From Octopus vulgaris (lineage: Eukaryota), in contig OX597832.1 of assembly GCA_951406725.2 (NCBI GenBank), positions 23,126,001 to 23,190,000 of the forward strand: a DNA stretch of 64,000 nt, in the 5' to 3' direction. Positions 14,620-28,367 of the stretch are shown piece after piece. Position 1 is the first letter of the stretch. Each line of letters starts with the position of its first letter. The notes under the pieces are model-generated. The model was not told where the DNA came from. It did not search any database and was given only the letters and a program-made list of their open reading frames with translations. A program made the position numbers and the translations under genes.

Positions 14620-15173
14620 TTAGTAATTTGGCAGGAATACAGCATGAATAAATTCAAGAAAATATAACAGAGTTAATGGCCCTCTCACATTAAAATTACA
14701 CGCACTTAAATGTAAAATGGTGTTTACAAAATATTGATTGTATTTTAAAATTTTTAATTTAAAGCGAAATAATATCATTTGAATTAAAAATATTGCAACA
14801 AAATCTAAATTATTCATTCGAGAGATTGTGGGTCTTCTGCTGTTCTTTACAGCTTCATTCTGTGTGCAATGAAACGAATATTCTTAGGACATACATGATC
14901 AATCAGAGTTCTAGACATTATATCTCTCCACCACCCCCCGTTCATCTTGCCTTCCTACTTCTCTGTATATCCTTCTCTCTCTGTCTCTTTGTCTCTCTCA
15001 CTCGCACACTCTATCTCTCTCACTTTCTGTATCTTTATGTATCTTGTATGTCTCACAGAAGTACCATGTGACTTTGATGTGACGGACCTAAATAGGGATC
15101 CAACGTGGTGAACATTACATAACAAGTGACAATCGTGTCGATACTTATCTTTCATCTTATATACGTTGATTGT

Positions 15174-15553
15174 GGAGGCGCAATGGCCCAGTGGTTAGGG
15201 CAGAGGAGTCGCGGTCGTAGGATCGCGGTTTCGATTCCCAGACCGGGCATCGTGAGTGTTTATTGAGCGAAAACACCTAAAGCTCCACGAGGCTTCTGCA
15301 GGGGGTGGTGGTGAACCCTGCTGTACTCTTTCACCACAACTTTCTCTCACTCTTTTTTCTTGTTTCTCTTGTACCTGTATTTCAAAGGGCCAGCCTTGTC
15401 ACACTCTGTGTCACGCTGAATCTCCTCGAGAACTACGTTAAGGGTACACGTGTCTGTAGAGTGCTCAGCCACTTGCACCTTAATTCCACGAGCAAGCTGT
15501 TTCGTTGATCATATCAGCTGGGACCCTCATCGTCGTAACCGACGGAGTGCTCC
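15174..15553 (+). mobile_element. tRNA-derived SINE family C with 16 bp TSD
   Basis: A-box TGGCCCAGTGGTTAG, B-box GTTTCGATTCC; TSD TATATACGTTGATTGT at 15158-15173 and 15558-15573. Confidence 0.85.
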
Positions 15554-15778
15554 TATATATATACGTTGATTGTTTCGGTCGTTGAATGCCTTTACGCTGA
15601 GACATCGACATCAAGTCGAAAACATCGACCTCAGTACTTACGTTTAAACTTGCTACTTCTTCTATCAATCTTATTTCCCGAACTGCTAAGTTATCAGGAC
15701 GTAAACCTAGCAACACCGGTTGTCAAGCGGCGAGGAGACAAACACAACTTGCACACGCATAGAAACAAACACACACAC

Positions 15779-15862
<84 letters not shown>

Positions 15863-16708
15863 TCATACACACATACATAAATACTTTTATTGTATTTATA
15901 TTTGTGTAACATTGTTTTTGTATGCATTTGCTGCTTTCTTCCAAGGAATCTAATGCTCTTAGCTTAGTTTTTCCTTGGGGTTGGCCAGATTGGAGCAATC
16001 TCAAGAATAATGAGCCGAAATTGCGAGGATAATCTGGTGCTTGACTGAGGAAAGAAAACCTCGAATAACCCATCCTTGTTTTCTTTGTATCATCTACCTG
16101 GATGTTTTGTTGTCCCTTTTTGTATCACTTGCGTCCTTGTCCCATTTGTGTATTATTGCCCAATAACACAACGCGTCGCCCGGTCCAGGAATCAAAACCA
16201 CAATCTTACGATCATCATGCTGATACCCTAACATCTAAGCCACGCGCCTCCACCATAAATAATGTAGACCTCATTAATCATCTGCATTTCTTTCAAGACA
16301 TTTTTCTCCCAGACTGAAGACATTTAACTTGTCATATATAAAATAGGAGCAAAATATGAGCGTTAAATATACATATGTAATAGCCGGACTCATCAATTTA
16401 TATGTTGGGAAAATATCCAAAATATCTGTCTCGACATATCTGTTAGTTAATTGGTGCAATTTTTCACTCGTGTAGCAATATTACTAACAGTTTATTTTTA
16501 CTGTTGACATTGTTTTGAACATTATGCTGTTTTGCATTTATTTTTCGAAATATTTCTCGTGCCATTGAATCAATTGTCTGTAAGAAACAGATGGCGCACG
16601 CTATTATGCACACGGATACACATACCTAGAGACAGGCACAATTACACGAAGAAACCCACGCACAGGTATACACACACGCGCAGATATATATGAGCATGTA
16701 TCTCTGAA

Positions 16709-16740
<32 letters not shown>

Positions 16741-16796
16741 CATACATATAAATGCATACATACACATACATTATCATTATAAATATATATACATAC

Positions 16797-17099
16797 ATCA
16801 CGTGACCGACCAGACCATCAGATGTTGTTACACATCGCTGGTCACAATGCGTTCGCATTGTTTTAGCCTTCGAATGTCGCCACCCCGCTGGCTAAGCGAG
16901 CAGGCCAACAGAAGAAAGAGTGGGAAAAAGAGTGGTGGAAGAGTACAGCAGGGATCACCACCCCCTGCCGGAGCCTCGTGGAGCTTTTTTAGGTGTTTTT
17001 TCTCTCAATAAACACTCGCAACGCTCGGTCTGGGAATCGAAACCGCGATCCTGCGACCGCGAGTCCGCTGCTCTAACCACTAGGCCATTGCGCCTCCAC
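16797..17099 (-). mobile_element. SINE family C, alternative 3' tail
   Basis: Shares the first ~165 nt with 15174-15553, then a different tail ending GGTCGGTCACGTGA. Degenerate head at 19874-20030. Confidence 0.8.
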
Positions 17100-17884
17100 A
17101 TATACATACATGCATACATACAAATATAGTGATTCCGCTAGGTATAGCGATCCTAATAAATAAGTATTAAAACTCGATATATTTATACTTTATCACATCA
17201 AGGGCATTATAACATTTAATAAATGGCAAAGAATAGAAATTATGTAACTATATGCAGCATCATACAGTTGCTTATTCTATCAGGAAATATTCTCTCAGAG
17301 CTGGGCGCCTATGCAGCATGTTACCACTTTTTCACCCTCATTTAAATGATGCTTTCTTTTTTGTTTAAATATTTATATTCAATTTCAAAACATCACATGG
17401 TTTAATTAACCCGAATTTCTGAATTCGTGACACACGTTTCATGCTACTGCGCTGTCGAGGCGAGAACTGTGACAAATCGGCTTTTATGACATATTAGACG
17501 GTGTATGTTTTGTCTTATATATGGGATAGTTGGTTTGCCTATCATTGAAATTGTTTGTTGTTATTCTCCTACTTCTTCATTTATTAAAGGATACGTGTTT
17601 TTAATTTGCATATTGATGTAAGATTCATCTGTTAATCTTATTCAAGCTGTTTTATCACAGGAATTCATAGGTTTTCTGAATGCATAATTTTTAGAAGTGT
17701 TTAGGTTAAATGAAACGTCAAATTAGATTAATGTGTCGGTTGAATTCTAATTTCATTTTGTGCTCGAACTTCTTAACCCATTAGCATTTATATTGGGTTA
17801 TCCACGGGCGAAATACTCTACGTGTTTTGTATTCAAACTATCCAGAAACCGTCTCTCACACCTATTCTAATATATATATATATG

Positions 17885-17936
<52 letters not shown>

Positions 17937-18741
17937 TGGATGCATATCTGTATATATTTATGCATATATGTATGTATATAACAGTATTTTCAATAAAATG
18001 GTGCGTACCATTTTGAGTGATAATTCTTGAGAGGGTGGGGCCTTGATCGAAATGAAGCGTTTTTTTTTCACTTACTACCTCTTCAATAGATGTATCGTGA
18101 TTTGTAAAGGAAAATTTCTTTCGTTTTTCCTAACGTTTTTGTTTTTTTTCGTATATTTCTTTGCGCTATCTTTCTTATCGATGGGAGAAAATAAAGGGAA
18201 TACTACAATACTGGGATTAGTACAATATTGTAATGCAATTACATTTTTGAATTATTTAAGCTCATTAGCATGACTTTGAAGATATCGTTTTATGCGATAT
18301 TGTTGTCATGTTATAGCGATTTGGAATTTGGAGTAGAGCTCATTAATTTTCTGTAAATGAGCTCGCGAAGCTAATGAGAAATATGTAGCCAAGATTTACA
18401 AAATTATTTGAAGAGAATTAATTTTATTTCTCCAGACAGTAATGAGAGAGTTCTAGTGATTGTTGTGTGACAAGACATTTGAAAATAATGCAAGGAAGCC
18501 TTCGAAGATCCAAACCAAAATGTTAGGTTCCATTATGAAAAGAAGAATTATATTCGCAATTTTAAGACGTTAAAATAAATGTTTTGAAATCGTCTAATCT
18601 TAGCAGGTTTCCTCAAGTCACCATCTCATGCTGACACCGAAAGGTGAATGAAGATATCAAATAACATTCTTATATCATAAGATTAACAACTAAAAAAAAA
18701 ATGATACCACATTTAAGGGGTATTATTATACAAGCTCTATA

Positions 18742-19325
18742 AGGCGGTTAGTTGACGGAATCGTCTGCACGCAGGATAAAATGCTTAGCGGTATTTCGTC
18801 TGCCGCTACGTTCGGAGTTCAAATTCCGCCGAGGTCGACTTTGCCTTTCATCCTTTCGGGGTCGATAAATTAAATACCAGTTACGCACTGGTGTCGATGT
18901 AATCGACTTAATCCGTCTGTCTGTCCTTGTTTGTCCCCTCTGTGTTTAGCTCCTTGTGGGTAATAAAGAAACAGGTATTTCGTCTGCCGCTACCTTCTGA
19001 GTTCTAATTCTGCCGAGGTCGACTTTGCCTTTCATCCTTTCGGAGTCGATAAATTAAGTACCAGTTACGCACTGGAGTCGATGTAATTGACTTAATCCGT
19101 CTGTCTGTCCTTGTTTGTCCCCTCTGTGTTTAGCCCCTTGTGGGTAATAAAGAAACAGGTATTTCATCCGGTTTTACGTTCTGAGTTCATATACTACTGC
19201 GGTTGACTTTGTCTTTCGTTCTTTTAGGGTTCATGAAATAAGTATCAGTCGAACACGGGGGTCGATATAATTCATTATCCTCCTCCCCCAAAATTTCAGA
19301 CTTTGTGTCTATGGCAGAAAGAAAT
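18742..19325 (+). mobile_element. SINE family B tandem trimer
   Basis: GGTATTTC recurs at 18790, 18974 and 19158 (period 184); the last unit is more diverged and has the alternative tail. Confidence 0.85.
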
Positions 19326-20416
19326 ATTATACTAGTCATATAGAATATCATAAAAACTGTAAGGAACATGGACACCAGAGTAATTTCATAATATTATTCA
19401 TCTTTGTAGAAATACTTCATACAGCCGTATTCAAGAGAAGACAATAGACTTTGGAAATATCATAATTCCAGATCTTCAAACACATAACGGTTTTATCCTT
19501 GCAGAAAAATCTACGCTGGCAACATCCGTAATTTACATAAAATGTGTAATATACTTTGGTACGTTTCATACGCTATGATGATTTTCTCTTTGCCAAATAT
19601 ACAAGAGTGATATAAGGAATGCAGTACAATTAGCTGAATATAATTCTCCTATGGTGTAGGCAGAAAATATTATGTAACTCAAGTGTACCTCAAGCGAAGC
19701 ATGCGTAATTTTTTATTCAAATTTCTTAGTTCTCTTTTCCTTAAAAAATTATTTTGTACAACATTCTGTAAAATACATTTTTATTGATTATTCTACATCC
19801 ACTGCTTTCTCTCATTTTAATTACCTCCCTTGTTTATCACGTTTTTGAGTTTATATGTGTGCGTGTATGTGTGTGTGGAGGCACAGTGACATACTGGTTA
19901 GAGCAGCCGATTTGCAGTCCCAGAATATCTGCTTCGAACTCCAGACCGGGCGTTGTGAGTGTTTATTGAGCGAAAATACCTAAATCCCCACAAGACTCTG
20001 GCAGGGGATGATAAAGAACCCTGTTGCACACTGGGGGCGATGTAATCGACTTAATCCCTTTGTCTGTCCTTGTTTGTCCCTTCTGTGTTTAGCCCCTTGA
20101 GGGTAATAAACAAATAGGTATTTCGTCTGTCTTTACGTTCTGAGTTCAAATTCCGCCGAGGTCGACTTTGCCTTTCATCCTTTCGGGGTTGATAAATTAA
20201 GTACCAGTTGCCAGTACCAGTACTGGGGTCGCTCTAATCGACTGGCCCCCTCCCCCAAAATTTCGGGCCTTGTGACTAGAGTAGAAACGGATATTTCTTC
20301 TGTCTGTACTTTGCCACTCATATTTTCGGGGTCGATAAAATAAGAACCAGCCAAGCACTTAATGTAATCGACTTAACCTAACCCTTCCCTCGAAATCTGA
20401 AACCAGTTGCAAATGA

Positions 20417-20448
<32 letters not shown>

Positions 20449-22049
20449 ACAAACACACACACACACACAGGTACATACATGTGTTTAAGCAGTGGTTTGG
20501 AAATGTTACACAGAAAGCTTCAGAACACCACGAAAACTCTTTCTATTTATGTGTGTTCCACCACAGTTGATACATGATTGAGCGACAGAATACAATGCTA
20601 TTATAACTGAATTAATTTAGTTTCCAAAACCATGGCTTTTCCCATCTTTGTGTATTCTGCATAAACTCTTTCATAACATGAAACTATCTCGCCATAAAAC
20701 CAAGTCGCCTCTTTTTATCTCTGTAATACGTTACTTCAAATTTCCTTTTCTAATCCATTATTATGTATATCTGATATTCCCTTTTGCGGTTCCAATATTC
20801 TATTAGTGGCTTTTCTTTAAAATTTAACACAGGTTTTGTGCGCAGATGTGAAGATTAATTTCCTTTGCACAACTATTTAAAAATTGTATGATGAAATGGT
20901 TGAAAATCATGTGTGTTGTGTACTTCCGTATGTTGAGTTGTCAACATGCATGCATTACATGAAGTGAATGGAAAGCTCTGGTGAAAAATAAAACACGACA
21001 TTTTTATCAGTAACACTATACGAATGTCCCTCTTATATGTGCTTAAAACGAACTGTAATGCAGTTGGAAGATATAATTGTATAGTAAAACGACAACCGAC
21101 TGTAGCATTTAATCACCGCATATCAAAATTGTGAGACACTAAAATCCCAGATAAATAATACATAATAAGGAGTATATAATCAACTACACCGTTCGCTTTC
21201 TGATCTGGTGATTTTTAAGGCTTTATTTATATTCTTGAATGAAGTATTTCCCATTTCCATTATTCACTCTAGGAAAGTTCTCTGTATTTTGAAGGAATAA
21301 TGTTTTCGAATCCAGCTCAGAAAATGAATTTTTCTCTCCATCAATCACTAACTTTTTTCTTCGTTCTTCATGATACATATTGAATATTTCTTTCACTTAA
21401 CAACAAAGCCCATACGCAGCCTGCCATACTTTGATTGTATCATATCAGTCATAACTCCTTTCAATGTCCTTTATCAAGCTTCCACATTTCGAATACATAA
21501 AAATTTCTTTTACTTTTTGCCAATGTAACTCTTCCATTGCGACGGTCATATTTCAAAATGTTTCTCTTTTGTGTTGCCTCTGCTGTCGGAACTGGAAATA
21601 CTGATTACTGAGCAGATATTTTGAGAAATGCTACCTCAAGTAGACTTGATATTTTCTTGCAATTTATTATTATCTTTCATTCTACTGCTCTAAGCTATTT
21701 TCTTTCCACATTCATGTAGTAAAGGATCGAAATTGCTCCGAACGTATACTTTCACAAATAACCTTCGCAAATGCTTCATATTGTGCGCTGAAAAATTCAT
21801 GATACACTCTCGTCTTCAAATACTTTTCAAATATCTAGCACATTAGCAATTGGTGCAGTAATCTTCTTGTCTTTTACTACTGCCGCATTCATCAATTCAT
21901 TGGGTCACGATCTTTATCGGATCCACTTAACTCAATATCCGAAAAACCTGTTGTCTTTTTTTTCTTTCTTTTATGACATACCGTTTGACATGGGAGACAA
22001 ACACACGAACACTCACGATATAAAAAGCACTCAGGCCATCTAGGTTTGC

Positions 22050-22091
<42 letters not shown>

Positions 22092-22153
22092 TATCATATA
22101 TCATATATATATGCACACACACACACGCATGCACATATATATAAATTTACATG

Positions 22154-22206
<53 letters not shown>

Positions 22207-22331
22207 TATATTTATATATGTGTATATACATATAAATACACACACGCACGCACGTACACACAAACATATATATAGACAGAGAGAGAGGTAAATAGATAGA
22301 TAGATAGATACATACATACATACATAAATAC

Positions 22332-22410
<79 letters not shown>

Positions 22411-22556
22411 TGTTTCTTTATTAGCCACACAGGGCTGCACACAGATAGAACAAATTACAAGGTAGAGCTTTTCTTTTGAAGGTTTTAAAAAAAAAAAAAA
22501 AAGGAAGGGGGAGTTTCGATCAAAAGGGATCGTAACTCCCCCTTCCTTTTTTTTTT
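22411..22556 (-). mobile_element. Retroelement 3' end inserted in (GATA)n, with terminal hairpin
   Basis: Ends GCCCTGTGTGGCTAATAAAGAAAC, similar to the SINE B tail; the other end is a 23 bp fold-back (22493-22515 / 22534-22556). Confidence 0.55.
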
Positions 22557-22582
22557 AGATAGATAGATAGATAGATAGATAT

Positions 22583-22635
<53 letters not shown>

Positions 22636-24854
22636 AAAGTCCTATTTTTAATTTAGAGTAAATTTTGACCGGTCACCTCTTCGTAGCAAGGTTGTGAAAG
22701 AAAGCATCTTCTTCTATCCAATGTCCTTTAAACCTCAAGGTCTTGCAGTTTTGTATAGTCCCAAATATCCTGATCATTTGTAGCATAAGAATAAAGAATT
22801 TGCGTTTTGTATGTATGTATGTATGTATGTATGCATGCATGCATGTATATATGCTTTTATGTATGCATATATGTATTTATATATGTATGTATTATTTCTA
22901 TTTGAGGAACAAGTGACAGAGAGATTGAAGTGTGTTTCGTTGTATTACAATAACTGGTATTCGAATGCTTGAAATGTATATTTGACTTCACGATTTCCAT
23001 AACACAAATACAAAGATAAATTGGTAAAATCGTCAAAGTGATGGACAGGATGCCCCAAGATATCGCTTTCGAACATCGGTAGTTCAAGATAAAACCTTGT
23101 TGAGGTCAGCTTCGCTTCCTTTTATCCATTTGTATCGATGAAATTGTACCAATCCATAATAAGAGAAATAGGAAGCAATACCCCAAGGAATTTCATCTGT
23201 CATTCTAACGGTTTTGCCAAAACACTCATATTATTTCCAATAATGAAAAGTATTTCTGTAACTTTCTTCCAATTTGTTACGAGTGTATGTTTGATTTTCC
23301 CCACAAGTATTAAAAACATTCGTGTTTGCGAAACTCGATAGTGGTAGAGATTTATTACTGTATTTTACTTTTCACAAGAAATATCATGTTGAACCAAGAA
23401 GAGGGTGGAATATTAGTGGAATATTCTTGGTATCGAATCGGACACAAATACATTCTCATTAAAGATGAATTCCCGATTGGAGAGAGAAGCTATTGATTGC
23501 TATCATCAATTAAATGATTAAACCACACTACAATGTTATAATGAAATTACATTACAATCTTACAACTAATTTGTGTACCAACTGGCTTGCTATTTTTACT
23601 AATTGAAAGTCAACCACAGTCGTAATGTTTCAAATCAAATCGTTAGAAACTGCAAACCTATTTTCTAGTGAGAGAGGTGCTGTTTCAATGTAGGCATGTT
23701 GTTTCAAAATAGGCATTTTCAGAATGTCTTAGAATACTTTTAAGAAATTAAATCAACTTGGCTGTTAAATGAATGTTTTACAGTTCAATCTCGTTGCCAC
23801 TAAAAAAAAAATTGTAAATTTGATTTCCATTACTTTAGCCTAAATCTATGGAGTATTTTGGTTATCACATTTGCAGCCTTAAGTTTATATTAATATTTAC
23901 AAATTTTTTAGGGGTAACCAGATTTGAAGTTACTTAAATAATGATTGTAACTCGTATATTATGGGAGGGAGAATTTAGTGAATCGAGAGAAATCATTAAT
24001 ATAAAGAAAACACGTATTAAATATTGTTCTCGATGAGCTAAGCAATATTATTATTTACGAATTGAGGGACGATACATAGTGCATATCCAAAACCTACCAA
24101 TAGTTTCAGAAGTAACAAGCAACATTGTTGTAATAAGAATACAATTTATAAACTATACAACACTATATTAATGTCCTGTTATTGTTATTGTATTTTCGTA
24201 TTTATATTCGTGTAACACCGACGAATTTTGGTTGGAAACTGTACCGAAAATAGTTGAATTTCGTTGACTTCCGTGGTCTACTGATGCATTTCATTCAGCT
24301 ATTCCTTGCGGAGGTTATGTTACCTTAATTACCCACATAAGGATTAACGCTTGTAACTTATCATTTATGCATAAGCCGCATTACACTGAGCTACATAACG
24401 AAGCGTATAGAGATTATGAAAAGTATAATATCTATACTCAATGACCAGTATAGATATTATGCTATACATAAATATAATGCAACTTTTGCTATCCAGATGC
24501 ATAAACTCATCCTATTACGGATAACCTTATCTTAAAGTAACAGTTTACACAAACACAAGCACACGTACATATATGTGACTTCTTGTACCGTAGTCTAGAA
24601 AGGTTGAATGCATTTTAAATCATATGCACACTCTAGTGTTTGCTTAGAAGGATATCAATTGATGTGGTAGACGGAAACTGCAAGAAATCTGTTGTGTATG
24701 TACATAATTACTCGAAATGCGGAGTACAACTGATGAAGGGTGGTTCTCTTTGTCAATTGTCCTGTTTTCCATTTGTTTCTATCGCTGTTCGCAAAAAACG
24801 TTCGTATTCCATGTTTTCGTATTTCATGTTGTATATATTGAAGGTCACCTCGGG

Positions 24855-25150
24855 TGAGTAGGGGGTTGTGAACCAGATGGTTTTCCTATTCCTATGTTTC
24901 CTCTTCTTTATCATTGGGCTGGTGACAGGTGTATAGGTTATTTCCTCGCTAAAACCACTATCTTTTAGAGCTTTATTATATACTGGGGCAAGGCTATTAA
25001 AAATGTCCTTATCGGAGGAGAGGCTAGGAATTCTCTTCTTAATGTTATTAACTAAATTTGTAAACAAAATAGGAGGATGGCAGGAACCTTAATAATATAA
25101 CTAAGTACATCATTGGGCTTCCTATAAAGCATATAAATGTTCTTATTTAG
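24855..25150 (-). pseudogene. Penelope-like element reverse transcriptase C-terminal/linker fragment (Neptune-like), frameshifted
   Basis: Translation LNKNIYMLYRKPNDVLSYI/(fs)/SCHPPILFTNLVNNIKKRIPSLSSDKDIFNSLAPVYNKALKDSGF...RNRKTIWFTTPYS matches PLE motifs YRKPN, SxHPP, YxxALKxSG and RxRxIIWFNPPYS. Confidence 0.85.
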
Positions 25151-25234
25151 TACCCTTAGCCCTGTTTTCAATTGTTTGTGCGTATATAGACATATGTATG
25201 AAACCTTTTTGGTGCGTATATGTGTGGGTTTGTA

Positions 25235-25280
<46 letters not shown>

Positions 25281-25550
25281 CGAATGGTGCGGGTGAGTTT
25301 GTGTGCGTTTCAAGTGAGGGCGGATGAGTGTATACTTTTAGGCGCATGCACGTGGGTGTGTGGGCGCACATGTGTATGTATGAGCATGTGTGCTTACGCG
25401 AATACTATGAACATTTTTACCCCCTTACTTTTACCCCCTCCCCTCACTTAGCGGTCATTCGAATAGCTCTTTTGTCTTAATACCGGTCAATCACACAGTA
25501 ATTTCCCTTTGTATAACGGACATTTTTCATAGCATTTTTTTCGATGGCCG

Positions 25551-25611
25551 GATAACTGAAGAGATGGCGGTGTGGATTTCTACCTCGGCATCCGAAACTC
25601 GGAGCTTTATC
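25551..25611 (+). ncRNA. Type I HHR in presumed PLE 3'UTR/pseudo-LTR
   Basis: GAUAA CUGAAGA GAUG...CAUC C GAA ACUC G GAG(C)U UUAUC: helix I GAUAA/UUAUC, long helix II. U16.1 is mutated here, but the related deleted copy at ~1268-1340 (-) keeps GUU UUAUC. Confidence 0.7.
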
Positions 25612-25647
25612 ATGGCTACCGAATAATTGTCACATATTACATTTACA

Positions 25648-25758
<111 letters not shown>

Positions 25759-26353
25759 GCTCTTGAAGTAGTCGCTGCGCCATGTGATCAAATACAGAAC
25801 TGGCGCGAAACACTTTCCTCTTAACCACAGACACTTAGATGATATATGCGTTACATATTTTAGCTCCTGCGATGTACTGGAAACATCTTCTAAAGGTTTA
25901 GTAGATCGATATAAGTGAATCAGAACTTTAACATTCTTAAGATTTCTGAAAACCAACTTTAATATTTTATCTCCCTGAGTCTGATAATATTTTAGATTGA
26001 AAGATATGAAGATATAGAGTTCCTAATTGATCAGAAGAAGGAAGCGGTGTCGCATCTCTACGAAACGCTTAGAATACTTGTACATTATTTACAAGGTTAT
26101 GACACGTACGTAACAAACTGAATATATATTTTTAATGTCCCCTAAGTAACGGAAGAGGATAAAGCAGAACGAAATAACAATGGATTCAAGCTTAAAAGTT
26201 TATCTTTGGAATGTTAGCAATAGTTAAAATATCTCTTCTTCATTTACTGGTTTCAATCGTTGAAATATATGCAGAGATGTCAAAAGTAAACGCGAAGGCA
26301 CATAGACTCGCACAAATGCGTGCACACACACACACCCAGAAATACGCATATAC

Positions 26354-26579
26354 ATCGCAAACGGTACACACGAGGTCACATTTTGAGAGTTAATCCAAAC
26401 AAGAAAGCACAAAAAAACACAACAGCGCGAAGACGTGGAACAAATATAGTATTATTGGACGCTCAGGAAAGAAAGAACCAAGGAGGGTTTAACGCTTCGA
26501 GCGGAGCTCATCGTCGGAAACATAGGAAAAGGAAAGATTCAGAGAAGGGAAGACAGAGGAAAAATATCGCCAACGGTAC
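26354..26579 (-). mobile_element. Family D HHR unit, circularly permuted
   Basis: Contains the end-to-start junction GGATTAACTC|TCAAAATGTGACC; ACGGTAC recurs at 26361 and 26573 (period 212). HHR at 26487-26521 has GAAA mutated to GAAG. Confidence 0.7.
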
Positions 26580-26589
26580 GTGTGTACTT

Positions 26590-26654
<65 letters not shown>

Positions 26655-26947
26655 GTGTCTGTGTGTGTGTATATATATGCATATATATATATTTTTTTCC
26701 TTTTTAAATACTTATATATATATTTTAATACTTTTTGATAGTTATATATATTTAATATAACAAAAAAACAACAACAAAAAAATTATCAATATAAATTAAT
26801 TTTAATTTTAAATTTATATAATTTAAATTTTTTAATTTTATATTTTATATATTTTGTATATTATATTAATCATTTTTATTTTTATGTTTTGGTTTATGTT
26901 TCTCATTGTTTGATTTGCCTAATAGTCGTTTTATCTCTAATTTAATT

Positions 26948-27001
<54 letters not shown>

Positions 27002-27002
27002 T

Positions 27003-27058
<56 letters not shown>

Positions 27059-27061
27059 GTT

Positions 27062-27325
27062 TAAATATTTGTTGTGCAAGATTTTTTATGTGAATTCGTG
27101 TGTTGAAACAGATATTGTTATATTTCGGAATGGTCATTTTGCCAGTTTAGCCAATAAAAACACACGCACTATATATTTGGTGTTATTTTGCTTCAGTGTT
27201 ATTTATTTTTTACATTAATCTTAATCTTATTTCGACCAGAGTTCTTTCGTCACACTCCTGTGACCGCATCAGTGGTCCTTTGTTTTCTTCTTACTAACCG
27301 TTACTGAGGGTTAGTAAGGAGAGAC
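27062..27325 (-). mobile_element. HHR-bearing unit (family E)
   Basis: HHR at 27234-27277: GACCA CUGAUGC G GUCACA GGAG UGUGAC GAA AG AA CU C UGGUC. Perfect helices I and II, triplet CUC, A9C core variant. Confidence 0.7.
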
Positions 27326-27348
27326 ACAAAACTGGAAGAAGCCCGTCG

Positions 27349-27379
<31 letters not shown>

Positions 27380-28313
27380 ATGTGTGTGTGTGTGTTTTGT
27401 GTCTGTATTTATCCCCCCACCATCGCTTGTCAATCGATGTTAGTGTGTTTACGGGACCGTAACTAGCGGTTCGACAAAATAGACCGATATAATATGTACT
27501 AGGCTTACGAACAATAAGTCCTGGGGTCGATTGTTTCTGCTAAAATGACTGAAACAAATATAAGAATAAAAGAAAAGAATATGTGTACTCAAATGTGTGT
27601 ATATATATATATATTATATGTATGAATGGATGCATAGATCGATGTATGTATGTATATGTTTCATAACATGATCGTATATTTTTTTAATCGTTATCTTTCA
27701 CACCGCCATAATAAGATATTGTTCTGTCTGTGGCTCGCGATTTTATATTATTCCCATGATCAAAGAAAAATTTCTATACGCGATTTCTCTAATCAAGGCA
27801 TATACTAATTTGACACTAGCTTACAAGAAAAAAAATACAAAAAACTCGTACACGAAATTGCATTAAACATCAGATATAACATCAGGTTTCCCCAGAACTG
27901 TGCCAAAGTTGAAGTCGATGAAGAATACTAACCCAATAAATATCGATTGAGCGAAAACAATGAGCTAATCACATCTAAGGGAAAAACAGAGGGAAAATAT
28001 AATTGTGATGGCGTCCGTATTTTCGGTCGTTGTTAGTGGGTTTGTAGGAACATAAGTGTAATTAAAATACGTGTTGGGCTGTAAGCTATATATAATGCAA
28101 AGCGAGAACATGCCCTTTATGCGTAGCCGCACGCAGGCTGTAGTGAAGAAGCACGCTTTGCAGCTGCGTGGTTTTCGGTTCACTCCCAATACGTGGCACC
28201 TTGGTCAACTGTTTCTTTCTAGTCTCGGGGCGACTTGTGCCTTGGGAGTGTATTAGGTCGACGGAAACTCTGAGGAAGTCCATCACATCTATATATATGC
28301 ATGTGTGTTTATA

Positions 28314-28357
<44 letters not shown>

Positions 28358-28367
<10 letters not shown>

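Noticed and set aside
15174-15250. tRNA genes at SINE heads
   Set aside because: A and B boxes are present but continue into SINE bodies, with no proper acceptor stem or terminator.
26700-26940. Extremely AT-rich irregular tract
   Set aside because: Low complexity with no structure; may be low-quality consensus over a microsatellite.
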